From contig CDROCS010001465.1 in assembly GCA_977020255.1 (NCBI GenBank), forward strand, positions 186,001 to 250,000: DNA of 64,000 nt. The letters are read 5' to 3'. Positions within the stretch are counted from its first letter, which is position 1; each line of letters opens with the position of its first letter. Below are positions 25,033-37,296 of this stretch, in pieces. The notes beneath the pieces were generated by a model that was not told where the DNA came from, did no database searches, and worked only from the letters and a program-made list of their open reading frames with translations. The position numbers and the translations under genes are program-made. The stretch is from Obrimoposthia wandeli (taxonomy: Eukaryota).

Positions 25033-26099
25033 ACATACTATGAAATAATTTTAATATAGTGTCAATTTTATAATAATATAAAATGACTTTTACTCAAAAG
25101 CACTTTCCCATCGGGAACTGTTAGTTATTAGCCATGATACTTTTGAATATGGAAGCCAGTAGGTGAATGTGTCCCGTCTAATCTACCCCCTCCTCACTAG
25201 GGAGCTCCTCTGTTCTTTAAAATCACTAATCTATGGAGGGAAATTGGAGTGTTAAGTATATACATGACCAGAATTGTTTCAAACTGTGATATTCATACAT
25301 TTTCAATTGCACAAGAGCAGTTCACTTGCAGTGGATGGTACAACGGTCAAGGTCGCAAACTGAAATGTGAAGATTAAGCACTTATGATACTTGAATTCTA
25401 TTAAGAGCGTGTTCAAACATGTGTCTATGTTTCTTGGCCTACCATTTAGGTTAGCTGTTGAAATTTCCAATATGTCACGAGCATAAGTCCTCGCGTGTCC
25501 AACTGTTTACCACACTTTACAGAACTTTATTAAAATAAATTATATAAAATAAAAAGTAAAGAGACTTAAAATGCACCCCTCCATTCAGAGAGACAAATGT
25601 ATTGTGAGCCCATTTGAGAATCTCACAGGCTTCCAAACGCCATGAGAGTAGCGATATATGATAATAGTGAGGGTCGCAATAATTTAAAAACATCAAATAT
25701 GAGTTTAAAACGTGAAAAAATTCTAAATATATTGCAGTTTTTTTATGATAACTTTGTATCTGAGATTAGGATAAATTTGTATGAAAAACGGGATTATTAG
25801 GGCAAAATAAGTAGTGGAGGGCCCTTGTTAAAATTCATTATGTGAACTTCGTTTTAGCAAAGTTCACTGACATGATTTATCTTACAGGAAGCTCAAACAT
25901 TCCTTCACCCACATCTTTCCAACTCTTACAAGTTCATATTAATTTATTATCCTTAGATGAGAGGTAATCTTTACCTCATTTTTATATAAATCGTCTATAA
26001 GAGGAAAGTAAAATCTACCTAATATTCTAAGACAGCCGAATCCATATTGTTTACCAACAAAATATGGTAATTCACCATCTTGTTAGCTTTGACTATAAG

Positions 26100-28150
26100 C
26101 TTCAATTTATGCTGTATTCATCATTTCCTTTTTTAAATGTATTATTAAACTTGTCTTGGCTCCGTCTGTGAAATATTATTAATTGTCCGGAATTATATCT
26201 ATTATTCACTTTAATAATGTTTATTAATAAGAAAGCAACTGAAATATACGTTGGTAGATCTATACGAATACCGATGACTTCACAAATTTTAGGTTGACTT
26301 TCCAATATACGTATTGTTCTCAAAAGTGGTACTTGCAGTCCTCTTACACGTATAAATATATAACTAATTAATAGCAATTAAATGATTCGCTTGATTTTAA
26401 AGCTTTTTGGTTTTTACTGTATGGGTTTCAAAAGTATTTCTTGTTAAACCAAAATAAATCCATTTCATATTGATTTTTATCGTAAACGTCGTCTTTCCAT
26501 TATCTGATGTTATATATTTATCTAAATATTCACTAAATTCCTTCATTATAAATTTACTAAAATCAATTTCTTTATCTATTTTATAATATTTTTAAAACTG
26601 TTTCAGTTCCAGTACATTTTTAGTTCTAGTTTTACCTAACAACACGTTTCTACTCGTTACTGCGTAAAACCATATACAAAGATTTCATATTTTATTCGAA
26701 GCTGATATCCAAATAGGATCTGAATAACCATGCCATTTAATCAAGTATTATTTATGTTTACCAGTATCCTTAAATTTTCATATTTTTTGAATATGGAAAA
26801 CGTTAGGTTTACTTGACAATACTTGTAGTTCTTGTTCGTAAATTTACTGTGGATGATATTTTTATCAGCATCTTTAGTAGTATACATTATCGGATTGCCC
26901 TTTTGATCAATTTTACTTATACAAAATATTTCATCGCTCCAATTGTGATAATTTTTAAAATAAATGGAGTACAGCTAATTTTAGAAATTCAAACATATTC
27001 GTTTTTCTTAAATTTTGCCTTTATAATATTTTTTCATTTTTATTCCTGCATATCTAAATATCTACCGGTCTCATTCCCGTATAAATTCTATGTTCAGAGT
27101 GTTATATGTATGTATTATTTTAGGTTAAACTTGGATTCACTATTTTCTTCCTTGTTTTGTGAAATACCTTTTTAATCGATCTCTTAAAGTACGAGTAATT
27201 TTTTATATTTATGCTGGTTTGTACTGCGAAAATACAAAGTAGTGATTTATATTACTTTGTTTAAATAATTATTGAACATGTTGATTCTAAAACCCTTTCC
27301 TAAATAGATTTGCACCTTTTGCGGATTTTCATATTTAAATATTTTTTTAATGGCTTAATGCATATCAATTGAACACTTTGCTTTAACTGGAACTTCTCAA
27401 GCAAATATGCTAAATACATTAATACATGTTAAAATATATTGTATTCCTTATTAATAGTAGAATCTTTAATGCTGTCATTGTTGTCATTCTTTTTTGTTCT
27501 CTTTGTCAATTTTGAAACTCCTGTGTAGCCAATTGTATATTTTTGATTGAACCATATGTTCTCCATTACAACAATTTGAATATGTATAAAATTTTAATTA
27601 AGGTAAAGAATAATTAGCACTCATATCTTTAGGTTATTTCTAAAATAACTGTTTATGTCCGTGTCACGACTATAATACTGCTAATAATTGAAACAACAAC
27701 TGATATTACAACCCTTATAACATGTCCATTCTTTTTAAAAATAATGTTAGATTAGCAATATCTAGAAAAGTTTTTTTTATTTCTTTAATACATTTTTATG
27801 TTTTCCAATTTTTACTCAGCCCAAAACTATATTATACAAAACTTCCAATAAATCAATTACATCAAAAGACGAAAATACTTTAAGAATACTTATTCTCTTA
27901 TGTGTAGAAGCCTTGATCAAAGCTTTCAAATATGGTGTGCATTTTTGTACTTTCATAATTTAAAAATTAAAATTCATGTTTAATATTGTTTATAATCGAA
28001 TTCCTTTATATTTTCGTTTAGTTCGAACTACAGACTTGATTAATTTGTTCACTTCTTTTTTCTTGCTGTTTATTTTTTAGCTCTCTTAATGGGTATTGCC
28101 GTTTAAGTTTTATAATTATTATATGTCGGTTTAAAAACTGTTTCTTCATT
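26100..28150 (-). pseudogene. Decayed second Polinton fragment: core-protein ORF, integrase and minor capsid
   Basis: Reverse-strand similarity to 36850-39400 (e.g. gtaatggagaacatatggttcaatc..ttggctacacaggag; VPLLRTI..IDLPTYISVA). Confidence 0.8.
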
Positions 28151-29588
28151 AAAATTAAATAAATCCGTTAAAACACGTAAATCCTCAGGGCATTTTTAAA
28201 AGATTATATAAATCTAACCTACATATTTTTGTCATTCACTTACTCATATTATACATCAGAAATGTAGTTATTTATTGAGACAAAAATCTCATTTAAAATC
28301 TCGTCAACGGCAAGTCGATACTGACGAGGTCAATATAGTTATCTGTATTCCTGTAGTCTTATTTTATTACCCTGGAGGGCAGTTGTGAAATCCATACACA
28401 CAAGTATGGAATTCCACTCCATATACACATGCACTATTTTAAAGGACAGAGGTGCTTCCTAGGGATGAATTAGACTGGACACATACACCTTCTATTGTAT
28501 CATCTTTTACCACTCTCTTCAAATGGTCAGAAATAATGCATTCAATATTATTATCCCCATTGGCAGATATCGTGGCAACTTGTACAATTTCTTCTTTGAA
28601 ATTTGTCTTGGCATAGACTTCACACTTTGACCAAAATTGTCTACATCCACCATATGGAAATCTTGGGCTAACAATACCCTACGATATTCTGAAATTTGTC
28701 TTTCTTATTCAATGTGTTTGACCACTGTAACATCTGTTAGTATATGTATTCCAACTAATATAGCTGAACGAGCTTCAGAACTAAATTTCACACCATTTGA
28801 TTACAATGATGACAACCACACCCTGCTACCATTGTCAATTCTTATTTTATTAAACATCACAACTTATTCACAACTTACATAATTGTTTTATTTTTTGATA
28901 ATTACATTATGTCGTATTTTTATGTAGCCATACATTATTACACACATCATCACAACAAAGCACTTAAAGTGAATTTTTCTGCTTTTACCCAATTGATCAA
29001 TTCAAAATTTGCATCCATTGCTGACTAAGCGAATTAGCTTATGAACGATAATTAACGGTAACTAATTACCACCAACGTATTTCGTTACAGAGAAAAACAA
29101 TTAATTTAGCCATCCCTAGTTGGCATATCATGCTTCAAAGGCCATTAGCTTCAAAACGTTTATTTACTCTTTACAGTTTACTGTCTTTTTTATCATATGA
29201 TAATATCAGTCGCAAAAATTGAACAAAAATCCAAAGAATTACAAAGAACACACAAAGAAAGCAGACTGGAATACGCTAGAGCTAGAAAAACAGAAAAGTA
29301 AAATGTTGTTTGAAGAGTTGAAAAAACAATATAAATTAAATGATTACGACGGTAATATTTTTTTATTTGCAAGATGAAGGATGAGAAAATAGTTTCAAAG
29401 AGACCATATGTCGGAGGTTCAATAATAATAAGGATCATGCATTTATGCGTCACAAAATTTTCAGCTCTTTTGTGTTCATCCACAATTCACTGTCAGTGAC
29501 GCACGTTGAGTATCATTGGTGAAAATGACTAGATATAATAAGTGATCAAGTATGACAAGAATATATGTAATTATACAAATATATTCAG

Positions 29589-29749
29589 ATATGGCGCACC
29601 TGCTTCGATCTGTGGAGTGCCGGAGTGGACACTACGACGCATGTGTTGTGCTGGTGCACGCTTCAACTCGCCGTGCGGCCCGATTTACAGACTCAACTGC
29701 GAAACTGTGTGCTGCCTTTGCGTCGAGTCGACGATGACGAACCGCTCCA
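29589..29749 (+). CDS. Cytochrome P450, exon 3 (I-helix)
   Basis: attcag|ATA..., encodes IWRTCFDLWSAGVDTTTHVLCW; donor CA|GTGAGT (phase 2). Confidence 0.9.
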
Positions 29750-30381
29750 GTGAGTTCTTTGTCTTCAGCATCTAGCCAGATAGGTGAGCTTTGTTACATT
29801 TCGCCACTATGAAATATAATTGCTGATGTTCCATGGCTAAATTCATTCTCTGCTGAGGCTATCTGAATTTCTGTATCTTTTGATCGATTAAGTCAACTAG
29901 TCTTGGTATACACTCTTTGTTAAATATATATTAACAGTGTCTTTGTGTACAGTTCCATGATAAAGTTCTTATAGCCACTATTCAAGCTTCCAAATTCTGT
30001 AAACTTTCAATCTTGGTACTCATCGCAAACTGGTGATAAAACTGAAAAATAAATTTCCCCTTGATAATTATCAAAATTTAGAATACGTTCATCTTCTAAG
30101 CGGAAGTCAGTCGAGTGAAATTTATATAATAATAAGCCTTTGTCTCTAAGACTCTACAGTTTATATCGACCATTGTGCTGTTGTTAAAAATGAAAATCAA
30201 ATTTATATTTATTTGATATCAATCGAATTTTCACAGATCACATATCATTTAATTTGTAATTAAACCTTTTACTTTAAGTTATTTTCTAATGTACATCTAT
30301 CCCCTTAAGTATGTACGTTTACTACAACAATGTCTGCCACTTACTCGCGCATATATACTAACTAACTATTGCTTCATATCA

Positions 30382-30830
30382 AGTAGTATATAGTTTAGTT
30401 TCTGGAATAGTGTCACAAAGCACCCTCCCTCGGGGTGACGGGGCTTTCTGACACCTTTCCAGGAACAATACTATATGCCTTAGAATATGTCTATATAGTA
30501 ATTTTGGTCATAAACACACTAAAATCACTCAAACACACCCAAAATGACTCATAAGGTCTTGAAATCGTGCGTACTGCCTCTTTTGAAATTTGTGGTAATA
30601 TGCATGATTTCAAAACTTGGAAAAAAAATAGTTTCGAAATCGTGTATACTGCCACCCTCTCCTTTTAGTTTTCGTCAGCATTGCGGCAGCATGCACGATT
30701 TCAAGATTTTAAAAAAATGCGCCATAACTATTTTTGCAGTTTAAATGATATATTTTAAAAAGTGACCAAAGCCTTCCTTACGGAGCTTCCTAAAAGAGGA
30801 GCCCTGCATGGCCGGGTTAAACCTTTGTAA
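30382..30830 (+). mobile_element. Polinton-type terminus (AGTAGT...) with internal hairpin
   Basis: 5'-AGTAGT start; 37-nt imperfect inverted arms at 30388-30424 and 30440-30476; motifs shared with 24770-25032; no partner TIR found. Confidence 0.55.
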
Positions 30831-31245
30831 TGATTATTTTAAATATACTTTTGTTTATAGTAAAAGACAACGAAAACTATCAATATTTATTAAACTTTCT
30901 TTTGTCCTTCTGTAATTTTCCATGTATGCTTCAGTTTCCCGAGCTCATCAACTTTGAACACTCGAATTTGTATGAATAAAATCCAATATTTGCATTTGGG
31001 AAACTCTTCTTGAGATAAATTATAGATTCCAGAGAATAAATTTTCATAATCTTTATTGAAAACACTGAAATTTTAAATTTTGATATTCAATTTCATACCT
31101 TTGAAAATAGCATTAAGATGATTTATATCCGTATCAAACTTGGATTATGTTAGCATGACAGTGTGTTGAAATTCCTAGGTTCCAGGTAACTTGAAGAAAT
31201 TCATCGAATAATTGAAGTAAGGTACCACTTCACTAAACAAGTTTT

Positions 31246-32164
31246 GGATCAGGTCAATTTGCCACCCCGATGTATAAATACATAATTATAGAATTATAGT
31301 AAAAAAAAATTTAATAAATAAAATAATCTCAATCAACACATTTATTTCACATTATTTTGAATAAATTCAAAAAACATTCAATATTTCCCTTTCCATTCCA
31401 ATCGTACCACAAAAATTCAGTGAGAAAGTCTTCATGACCTAAACGAATAGGATTAAAAAGAAAATAATTACTCATCATCTTAATAGCCAGTTTTTTGATT
31501 TTTATCATAACAGGTTTACTAATACTGACATAGTTCATTATTTCAGTACTTTTCAAACCCGTTTGATAAGTGAATCAAAACCTTGAGAATTGTTCTAAGT
31601 GATAGTGTGAAATTATGGAACCATGACCCATTCTTCACTGATAAAGTGGTTTGGTAGGAAGCACATCTACCATTCATGCACCTCCACTGGTAACAGTCAT
31701 TTGACTTTGTTGTAGGCTTCAAATCACAAGCCTGACTGCATTGATTGCAATTCATTTCACCTTTTATTATTTCTTTTTGAATTAGAAATAACAGCAATGC
31801 TTTATCATCGTAAGTCTCTACGATTGTGATCATTTCACCAATATTCATTATAGGGATATAAAAAAAATTAATTAAAAAATTATGGATTTAATACAACGCA
31901 TGTACCATACATTATAAACAAGCTTTTTATTATTTTAAATTGTTATTCAGATCATACTTTTTTTAAAAATTATAATAATCTAGCTTTTTATTATTTTAAA
32001 TTGTTATTCAGATCATACTTTTTTTAAAAATTATAATAATCTAAAATAGCATATATTATAATAATATGATAATTTATACAATAAATATTTGATTTCGTGT
32101 TGTTTTGTTTAAAAATGATCAGGTCAATTTGGCACCCCGTTGGGGTGCCAAATTTACTTGATCC
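31246..32164 (-). mobile_element. Merlin (IS1016/IS1595-related) DNA transposon, internal-deletion derivative
   Basis: Termini GGATCAGGTCAATTTGCCACCCC / GGGGTGCCAAATTTACTTGATCC; 8-bp TSD CAAGTTTT at 31238-31245 and 32165-32172. Confidence 0.8.
31347..31848 (-). pseudogene. Merlin transposase remnant (N-terminal zinc ribbon and C-terminus; catalytic core missing)
   Basis: CNQC..C..YQWRC..C..LSVKNGSWF; frameshift; NPIRLG joined directly to EFLWYD. Confidence 0.7.
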
Positions 32165-32408
32165 CAAGTTTTCACTAAAAATATCTTCTAATTCTGTATC
32201 ATCAGAATCCATATATATTGTGCTATTGAGAACCTTGATCGCATTCAAAACTCCCTTCTTCTTCTTCGTCACTCCGCTCTTCAAAGTTTGTTTTTGTAAA
32301 TTGAACTGAAATATTTTGTTAGTTATAGTTGACTATTTGAATCTGATTGGTAGCTGATACTTATTGGATAATATGAAACTATATATTTCCGTGACATCAT
32401 TAATTATA

Positions 32409-32630
32409 ATGAAAATAATCGATATAAATTATAAAGATAAAGTTAAGGGAAGTGTTATTCACTTACTTTTTTCATCAAAGAAACCTTTACAATATGTTGA
32501 AAAGTTAAAAGATTATACTATAGTTATATTTCCATCAAATATTATTATTATTCTTATTATTATTACTATTGAGGTTCATGTAGGATTATGGGTTGCAAAC
32601 AACCAATCAAACATGTCAAGAATATAGAAA
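32409..32630 (+). pseudogene. Second, degenerate TBP-like gene copy from a related Polinton
   Basis: MKIIDINYK...PLQYVEKLKDYTIVIFPS, then an AT-rich insert, then SCRIMGCKQPI; colinear with 35293-35500. Confidence 0.6.
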
Positions 32631-33193
32631 TTGACACACTTTAAAGCGAAAGATTTAATAATACAATGAAGGATAAATTAAAGAAACAGTTTTCTGCAAT
32701 TGGATCAAAGAAATGAGTAAAGGTACTACGAAAACTGATAATTTCATATAATCACTCACCCCATCGAGGTTTGGGCGGTAAGAAGCCTATAAATATTTAA
32801 TTTTATGATTGGTTCGGCCGTAATAATAAAACAATAATAAAAAACTCAAATACAAAGTTGGAAATTTTGTTCGCATATCACGTTTAAGTACAACACCCTT
32901 TATTAAAAATTCGATAATAATTGGAGTGATGAAGTATTTGAAATATCAAAAATAAATTTGCGTGCTAACCCCACATAGATAAGGGTTAAAGTTCAATAGA
33001 TGGAAAGTTTTATGAGCAATAATTAAACGTTATTGATAAACCAAAAGTATTTAGGATCCAAAAAATCATTTTAATCTAAAGGTCAAGGTAAGAATATACA
33101 ATATTAAGTTAAATGGCACAGATATAAAACATCAACATGGATAAAAGCAAACCAGATAGAGTTAAAAATTACTATATTGTATAACCATCTAAT

Positions 33194-33463
33194 ATGTATC
33201 CAAACACTCGACCTGCTAATACCGCATCGAAATTTATTGTTGCTTTGGAAAATCCAATAGAACTTCAAGGCGTATGGAAAGTTGCATTGACTGAATTTAC
33301 TTATAGTAATACACTTGTTATTTTACACAAGGGAGGTAAAATTAATTATAAAGAAACAACTAGCACTTTGAAAGCCTATACTGTCTCAGTATGTGTTTAT
33401 TTTAAAGACGAAGAAATAATTACATTCTCAAAAATTCATGGTGAAAAGCAAAGAACCTATTAA
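33194..33463 (+). pseudogene. Truncated Polinton minor-capsid paralog (N-terminus)
   Basis: YPNTRPANTASKFIVALENPIELQGVWKVALTEF resembles QPDNYASSFIIDWENPINLQGEWEAALTEF at 38389. Confidence 0.7.
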
Positions 33464-33619
33464 TAGTATCGTAAAGAAAATTTGAAAAGTAAAATTAAAA
33501 TCATCCATAAATGTTGCTAATCTGCATTTTGGCCTTGTAAATCCAATTTGGTATACAAGCTCAATTTGTAAATATTGAAAACCAAGTTAAACATGAGTAG
33601 GTGGATGTGTCCGGTCTAA

Positions 33620-33810
33620 TCCACACCCCCTCCCCCCTTGTCCTTTAAAACCGTGCATGTGTGTGGAGTGAAATTTCGTGTAGGTGTGTGGAGTGAAATT
33701 TCGTGCATGTGTGTCTCCACCCAAAGGCCCCCCCTGTCCTGTATAACCGTGTATGTGTGTGGAGTGAAATTTCGCGCATGTGTGTGGAGTCAAATTTTAT
33801 GTATGTCTCC
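33620..33810. repeat. GC-rich subterminal repeats (gtgtgtggagtgaaatttcg), two ~100-bp blocks
   Basis: Four to five motif copies, one containing TTTCGCGC. Confidence 0.75.
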
Positions 33811-33999
33811 ATTCCACCCAAAGGGTGAAGGAAGGGGGTAACCCCCCCACCACAATTTATCAAATATCAACGAACTATCAAATAATATATTACTACTATT
33901 TTTAAGAAAGATTTTAGATTAATAAATTACTACATGTTAAATATCTATTTAGAGGAGAAAAAACAAAATACGAGTCAAAATTATTTTTCAAAATATTTA

Positions 34000-34410
34000 T
34001 TAAACATAAAACAACATATTGGCTTCACTCAAAGACCAGAGAGGCTGCATTTTCCCGTCATCAGCAAAATATCCATTGAGACATATTGAGATATTCCATA
34101 GTTCTTCATCTTGAATTGGAGCAATCAAATATCCTAGATCATCTTTAAAATCCAGACTGGGATCAGTTTCAAGCTGGAAACAATTTCCTTCATATACATA
34201 ATCAGGAATGTAAAATCCCAAAATATTTTTCAATTGATCAATATCAGATGTTGTTAAAATTTCGATGAGATATTTATTCTCCACTTTTGATATTTTCACA
34301 GGATTCATAACTCATATAATTTGATGCCTCTTTAATATATTACATAGTTTTTCTTTTGAAATTCTTTCTGGATAATAAAAATTTCTTACATATCTCAGAA
34401 GAGGATCCAT
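34000..34410 (-). pseudogene. Polinton accessory protein A2, paralog of 34563-35045
   Basis: ATG 34410 (MDPLLRY), in-frame TGA just before MNPVKI; shares NPV.I, DD.G.. and W...I.L.GY....P.W motifs with its neighbour. Confidence 0.6.
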
Positions 34411-34562
34411 TCTAAAATAAGGAAACTGATAAAAAAACAATGTTTATAAAAAATACATATAAGATACATATAAGATACAAATATTTTAAAAATAAAACTG
34501 ATTATTAACTGCCAAATGAAAGAAACATAGTAAAACCGATTACAATTTATTACACGTAAAAG

Positions 34563-35045
34563 TTAAAACATAGAAATATGAGCACGTTCAATTTTCCACA
34601 TAGGCAACTTTGTCCCCATCTCATCTTTCTTGTAACCATAAAGTCGAATTGTTACAGTCCATTGCTTCTTTTTCGGAAATGCATCAATATCAACATATCT
34701 TCCATAGTCATCTAGAAATGCTTCATCGGGTCCTCGGATATAAAATTCGTTCTTATTGAAAGTAAAATTCGGAACTGCCTTTTCAACTTTCTGTTTAAGA
34801 TATTGAAAATCTGGTTTTTGAATATTTGATAGATAGTAGCTGAACTTTCTTCTTTCAATTGTCACAGGATTTACTAAAGCAATCAGTTGAGCCTTCTTCA
34901 AGAATCTGACTTTGTATTTGAAATATTGTTTCACTTCTTCATACATATCCTTATCCGATTCTTCAAACATTTCTATATCTTCCTCATCGTTTAATACCCG
35001 TTGGCTATCATCCATCGTTGATAATTGTCTTTGATATGAATGCAT
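34563..35045 (-). CDS. Polinton accessory protein A1, unknown (possible OB-fold ssDNA-binding protein)
   Basis: Intact 160-aa ORF with TATAAAA and CCAAT upstream; fold assignment is inference only. Confidence 0.6.
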   Translation of the reverse strand: MHSYQRQLSTMDDSQRVLNDEEDIEMFEESDKDMYEEVKQYFKYKVRFLKKAQLIALVNPVTIERRKFSYYLSNIQKPDFQYLKQKVEKAVPNFTFNKNEFYIRGPDEAFLDDYGRYVDIDAFPKKKQWTVTIRLYGYKKDEMGTKLPMWKIERAHISMF

Positions 35046-35292
35046 TTACTATGATTTGTCCTCCAATGGCGCATTCTTTTATACTAATTTCTAACAAAGA
35101 CATGAATCTCATTGGTTAATATAACTAAAGCATTGAATTTGATTGGACTAAAACCATATTAAAAATCAAATTTGATTGGAAGAAATATATCATCCAATTA
35201 TAATAGGTTTGCAAGATAATTACATGAAACGTGCAATAAAAAAGCAGGTTCAGACATATAAAGAAGATTTTATAGAATACAATTTTAGTCTA

Positions 35293-35828
35293 ATGAAACT
35301 CGTAAATATAAATTATAAAGGTAGAACAGAAGATGATGTTTCGTACTTACCATTCAATGAATGGAAGCCGAGACAATATGTGGAAAAGTTTGACAATTTT
35401 ACAGTTGTTATTTTTCCTACAGGTTAGTTTTTTTATTTTTATATTGAATTCTTTTAGGAAATTGTCGTGTTATGGGATGCAAAATACCAATACTTGGGTT
35501 CAATTTACCATTTGGAATTCGAATCACTGCAATACAATCAATCACAATTTCGGCTAATCTTGGGAAACAGATAAATCTTTTTAAAACTGCAGAGAAAATA
35601 AAAGAAGAATGCATGTTTGAACCTGAAATTTTTCCTGCTCTCAGTTATTTGAAGTTTAAACCGCTATGTGTAAATATATTTTCCAGTGGTAAAGTTATGA
35701 TATTGGGATTGAAAAATTTTGATTATCCAGACATAGTTGATTTGATTTTAGAAAATATATCTTATTACATCTTGTTATCTTTTTTCTATAAACAAACCCC
35801 GTTTAAACTTATTGTTTCAAATGAATAA
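35293..35828 (+). CDS. TATA-binding-protein-like gene carried by the Polinton (exons 35293-35422 and 35458-35828; about 166 aa)
   Basis: Two TBP repeats: TVVIFPTGNCRVMGCK and FEPEIFPALSYLKFKPLCVNIFSSGKVMILGLK (TBP: [50 protein letters not shown]); 35-nt GT-AG intron restores the frame. Confidence 0.8.
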
Positions 35829-36093
35829 TACTATAAATAGAGACAATGAAGTGGATCGGCTTGCCGACGAAATATTTTCTGGAAAAATTAGGGGTAAAGA
35901 AATTTTATCAGAATTAAAAAATAATGATATAACAAGAGATAACATTGAAATATTGGTTAGATCACTCGTTATTCAAGAATTTAGAAATCGTACACAAATA
36001 AATAAAATTATGGCCAAATATTCATTAATTAATTTTTGTATTTCATCTACAATAGCTCTAACATTGTACATTTCAATAAGGAAACAAAATTAA
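35812..36093 (+). CDS. Small protein with C-terminal hydrophobic segment
   Basis: 93-aa ORF; YSLINFCISSTIALTLYISI followed by RKQN. Confidence 0.45.
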   Translation: MFQMNNTINRDNEVDRLADEIFSGKIRGKEILSELKNNDITRDNIEILVRSLVIQEFRNRTQINKIMAKYSLINFCISSTIALTLYISIRKQN

Positions 36094-36113
36094 AAAATGA
36101 AAGAATATATGCA

Positions 36114-36741
36114 ATGGAGCTAAATAATAATGCTGTATTTCAAATAGTTGGTCCCAGTGGAAGTGGAAAGACACATTTCGTATGTAAATTGTTGCAAAAT
36201 GAATCTCTTTTCAAATCTAGTTTCAAAAATATTTATTGGCATCATTGGAGGAGGGGAAAGCGGATTAACCAAAAAAGAAGTTTGCAAGTTGAAGGGAATA
36301 CAATTTATTGAAGGATTTGACGCAAATTGGTGTGAAAGATTGAAAAAAGAAGATGTAATAATAATTGATGATTTGTATCAGGAAGCTAACAAGGAATCAG
36401 ACTTTAATAATTTATTTACGAAGATTGCAAGACATCGTGAAGTAACAGTTATATTTATCACTCAAAATCTTTTTCACCAAGGAGGTCACCATAGAACTAG
36501 AAATCTTAATGTGCATTACTTAGTTTTATTTAAAAATCCTAGAGATCAAACAGTTGTTGATTTCGTGGCCAGACAGGCATTTCCCCAAAATAAGAACTTT
36601 TTAGTTGATTCATTCCACGATGCTGCTAAACAAGCACATGGGTATATATTTATTGACTTTACACAAGCTTGCCCAGATGATTTACGTGTTTTAACCGCCA
36701 TATTTAATTCTAAGGGAGTAACTGTTTATAAACAAATATAG
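36114..36741 (+). pseudogene. Polinton packaging ATPase (FtsK/HerA-A32 type), frameshifted near 36245
   Basis: Walker A GPSGSGKT, Walker B VIIIDD, HREVTVIFITQN, LFKNPRD. Confidence 0.9.
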
Positions 36742-36937
36742 AACAATCATAAAAGATAAATTTATAATGCCTTTTAAGAAGTTGATAGTAAAACGTAAAG
36801 CAAAGCCTAAGAAATCAAAAAAATAATCATTAAGAAAAAAGAAGTGAAAAAATTAATCAAATCTGTAGTTAGAAATAAAAAAAAACTTAAATGGCTTCGA
36901 ATATAAACAATATTTAAATTGAACTTTTTTTATTAAA

Positions 36938-37267
36938 ATGAAGAAAATACAAAGAAGCATACCCTATTTTAAAAGCTTTAGTCAAAGCCTCTTCTAATAA
37001 GATAATGATTATTCTTAAAGCATTTCCATCTTTTGTTTTAGATGATTTATTGGAAGTTTTGTATAATATAGTTTTGGGTCGAGTAAAAGTTTGAAATCGG
37101 AAAAATATATTAAAGAAATATAGAAAAACTCTTCTAGATATTGCTAATGTAAAAAGTAAAAAAAGGAAACGAAATATTATTCTTAAACATAATGGTGGTT
37201 TCATAGGGGCTGTTATTCCAGTTGTTGCTTCAATTATCAGTAGTATTATAGCTGCGACACGTTCATA
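36938..37267 (+). pseudogene. Basic Polinton core-type protein ending GGFIGAVIP
   Basis: Lys-rich ...KRKRNIILKHNGGFIGAVIPVVASIISSII; frameshift and stop; preceded by a Lys-rich mini-ORF at about 36767-36907. Confidence 0.6.
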
Positions 37268-37296
37268 AACAATTATTTCTAAAATCAGCTAAAGAT

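Noticed and set aside
28300-28900. Slightly GC-richer degenerate coding-like segment
   Set aside because: Could not be assigned to any family in any frame
33880-33900. tattactact as the partner TIR end of the 30382 terminus
   Set aside because: Only about 7 nt match, no hairpin and no 6-bp TSD (ATATCA) follows
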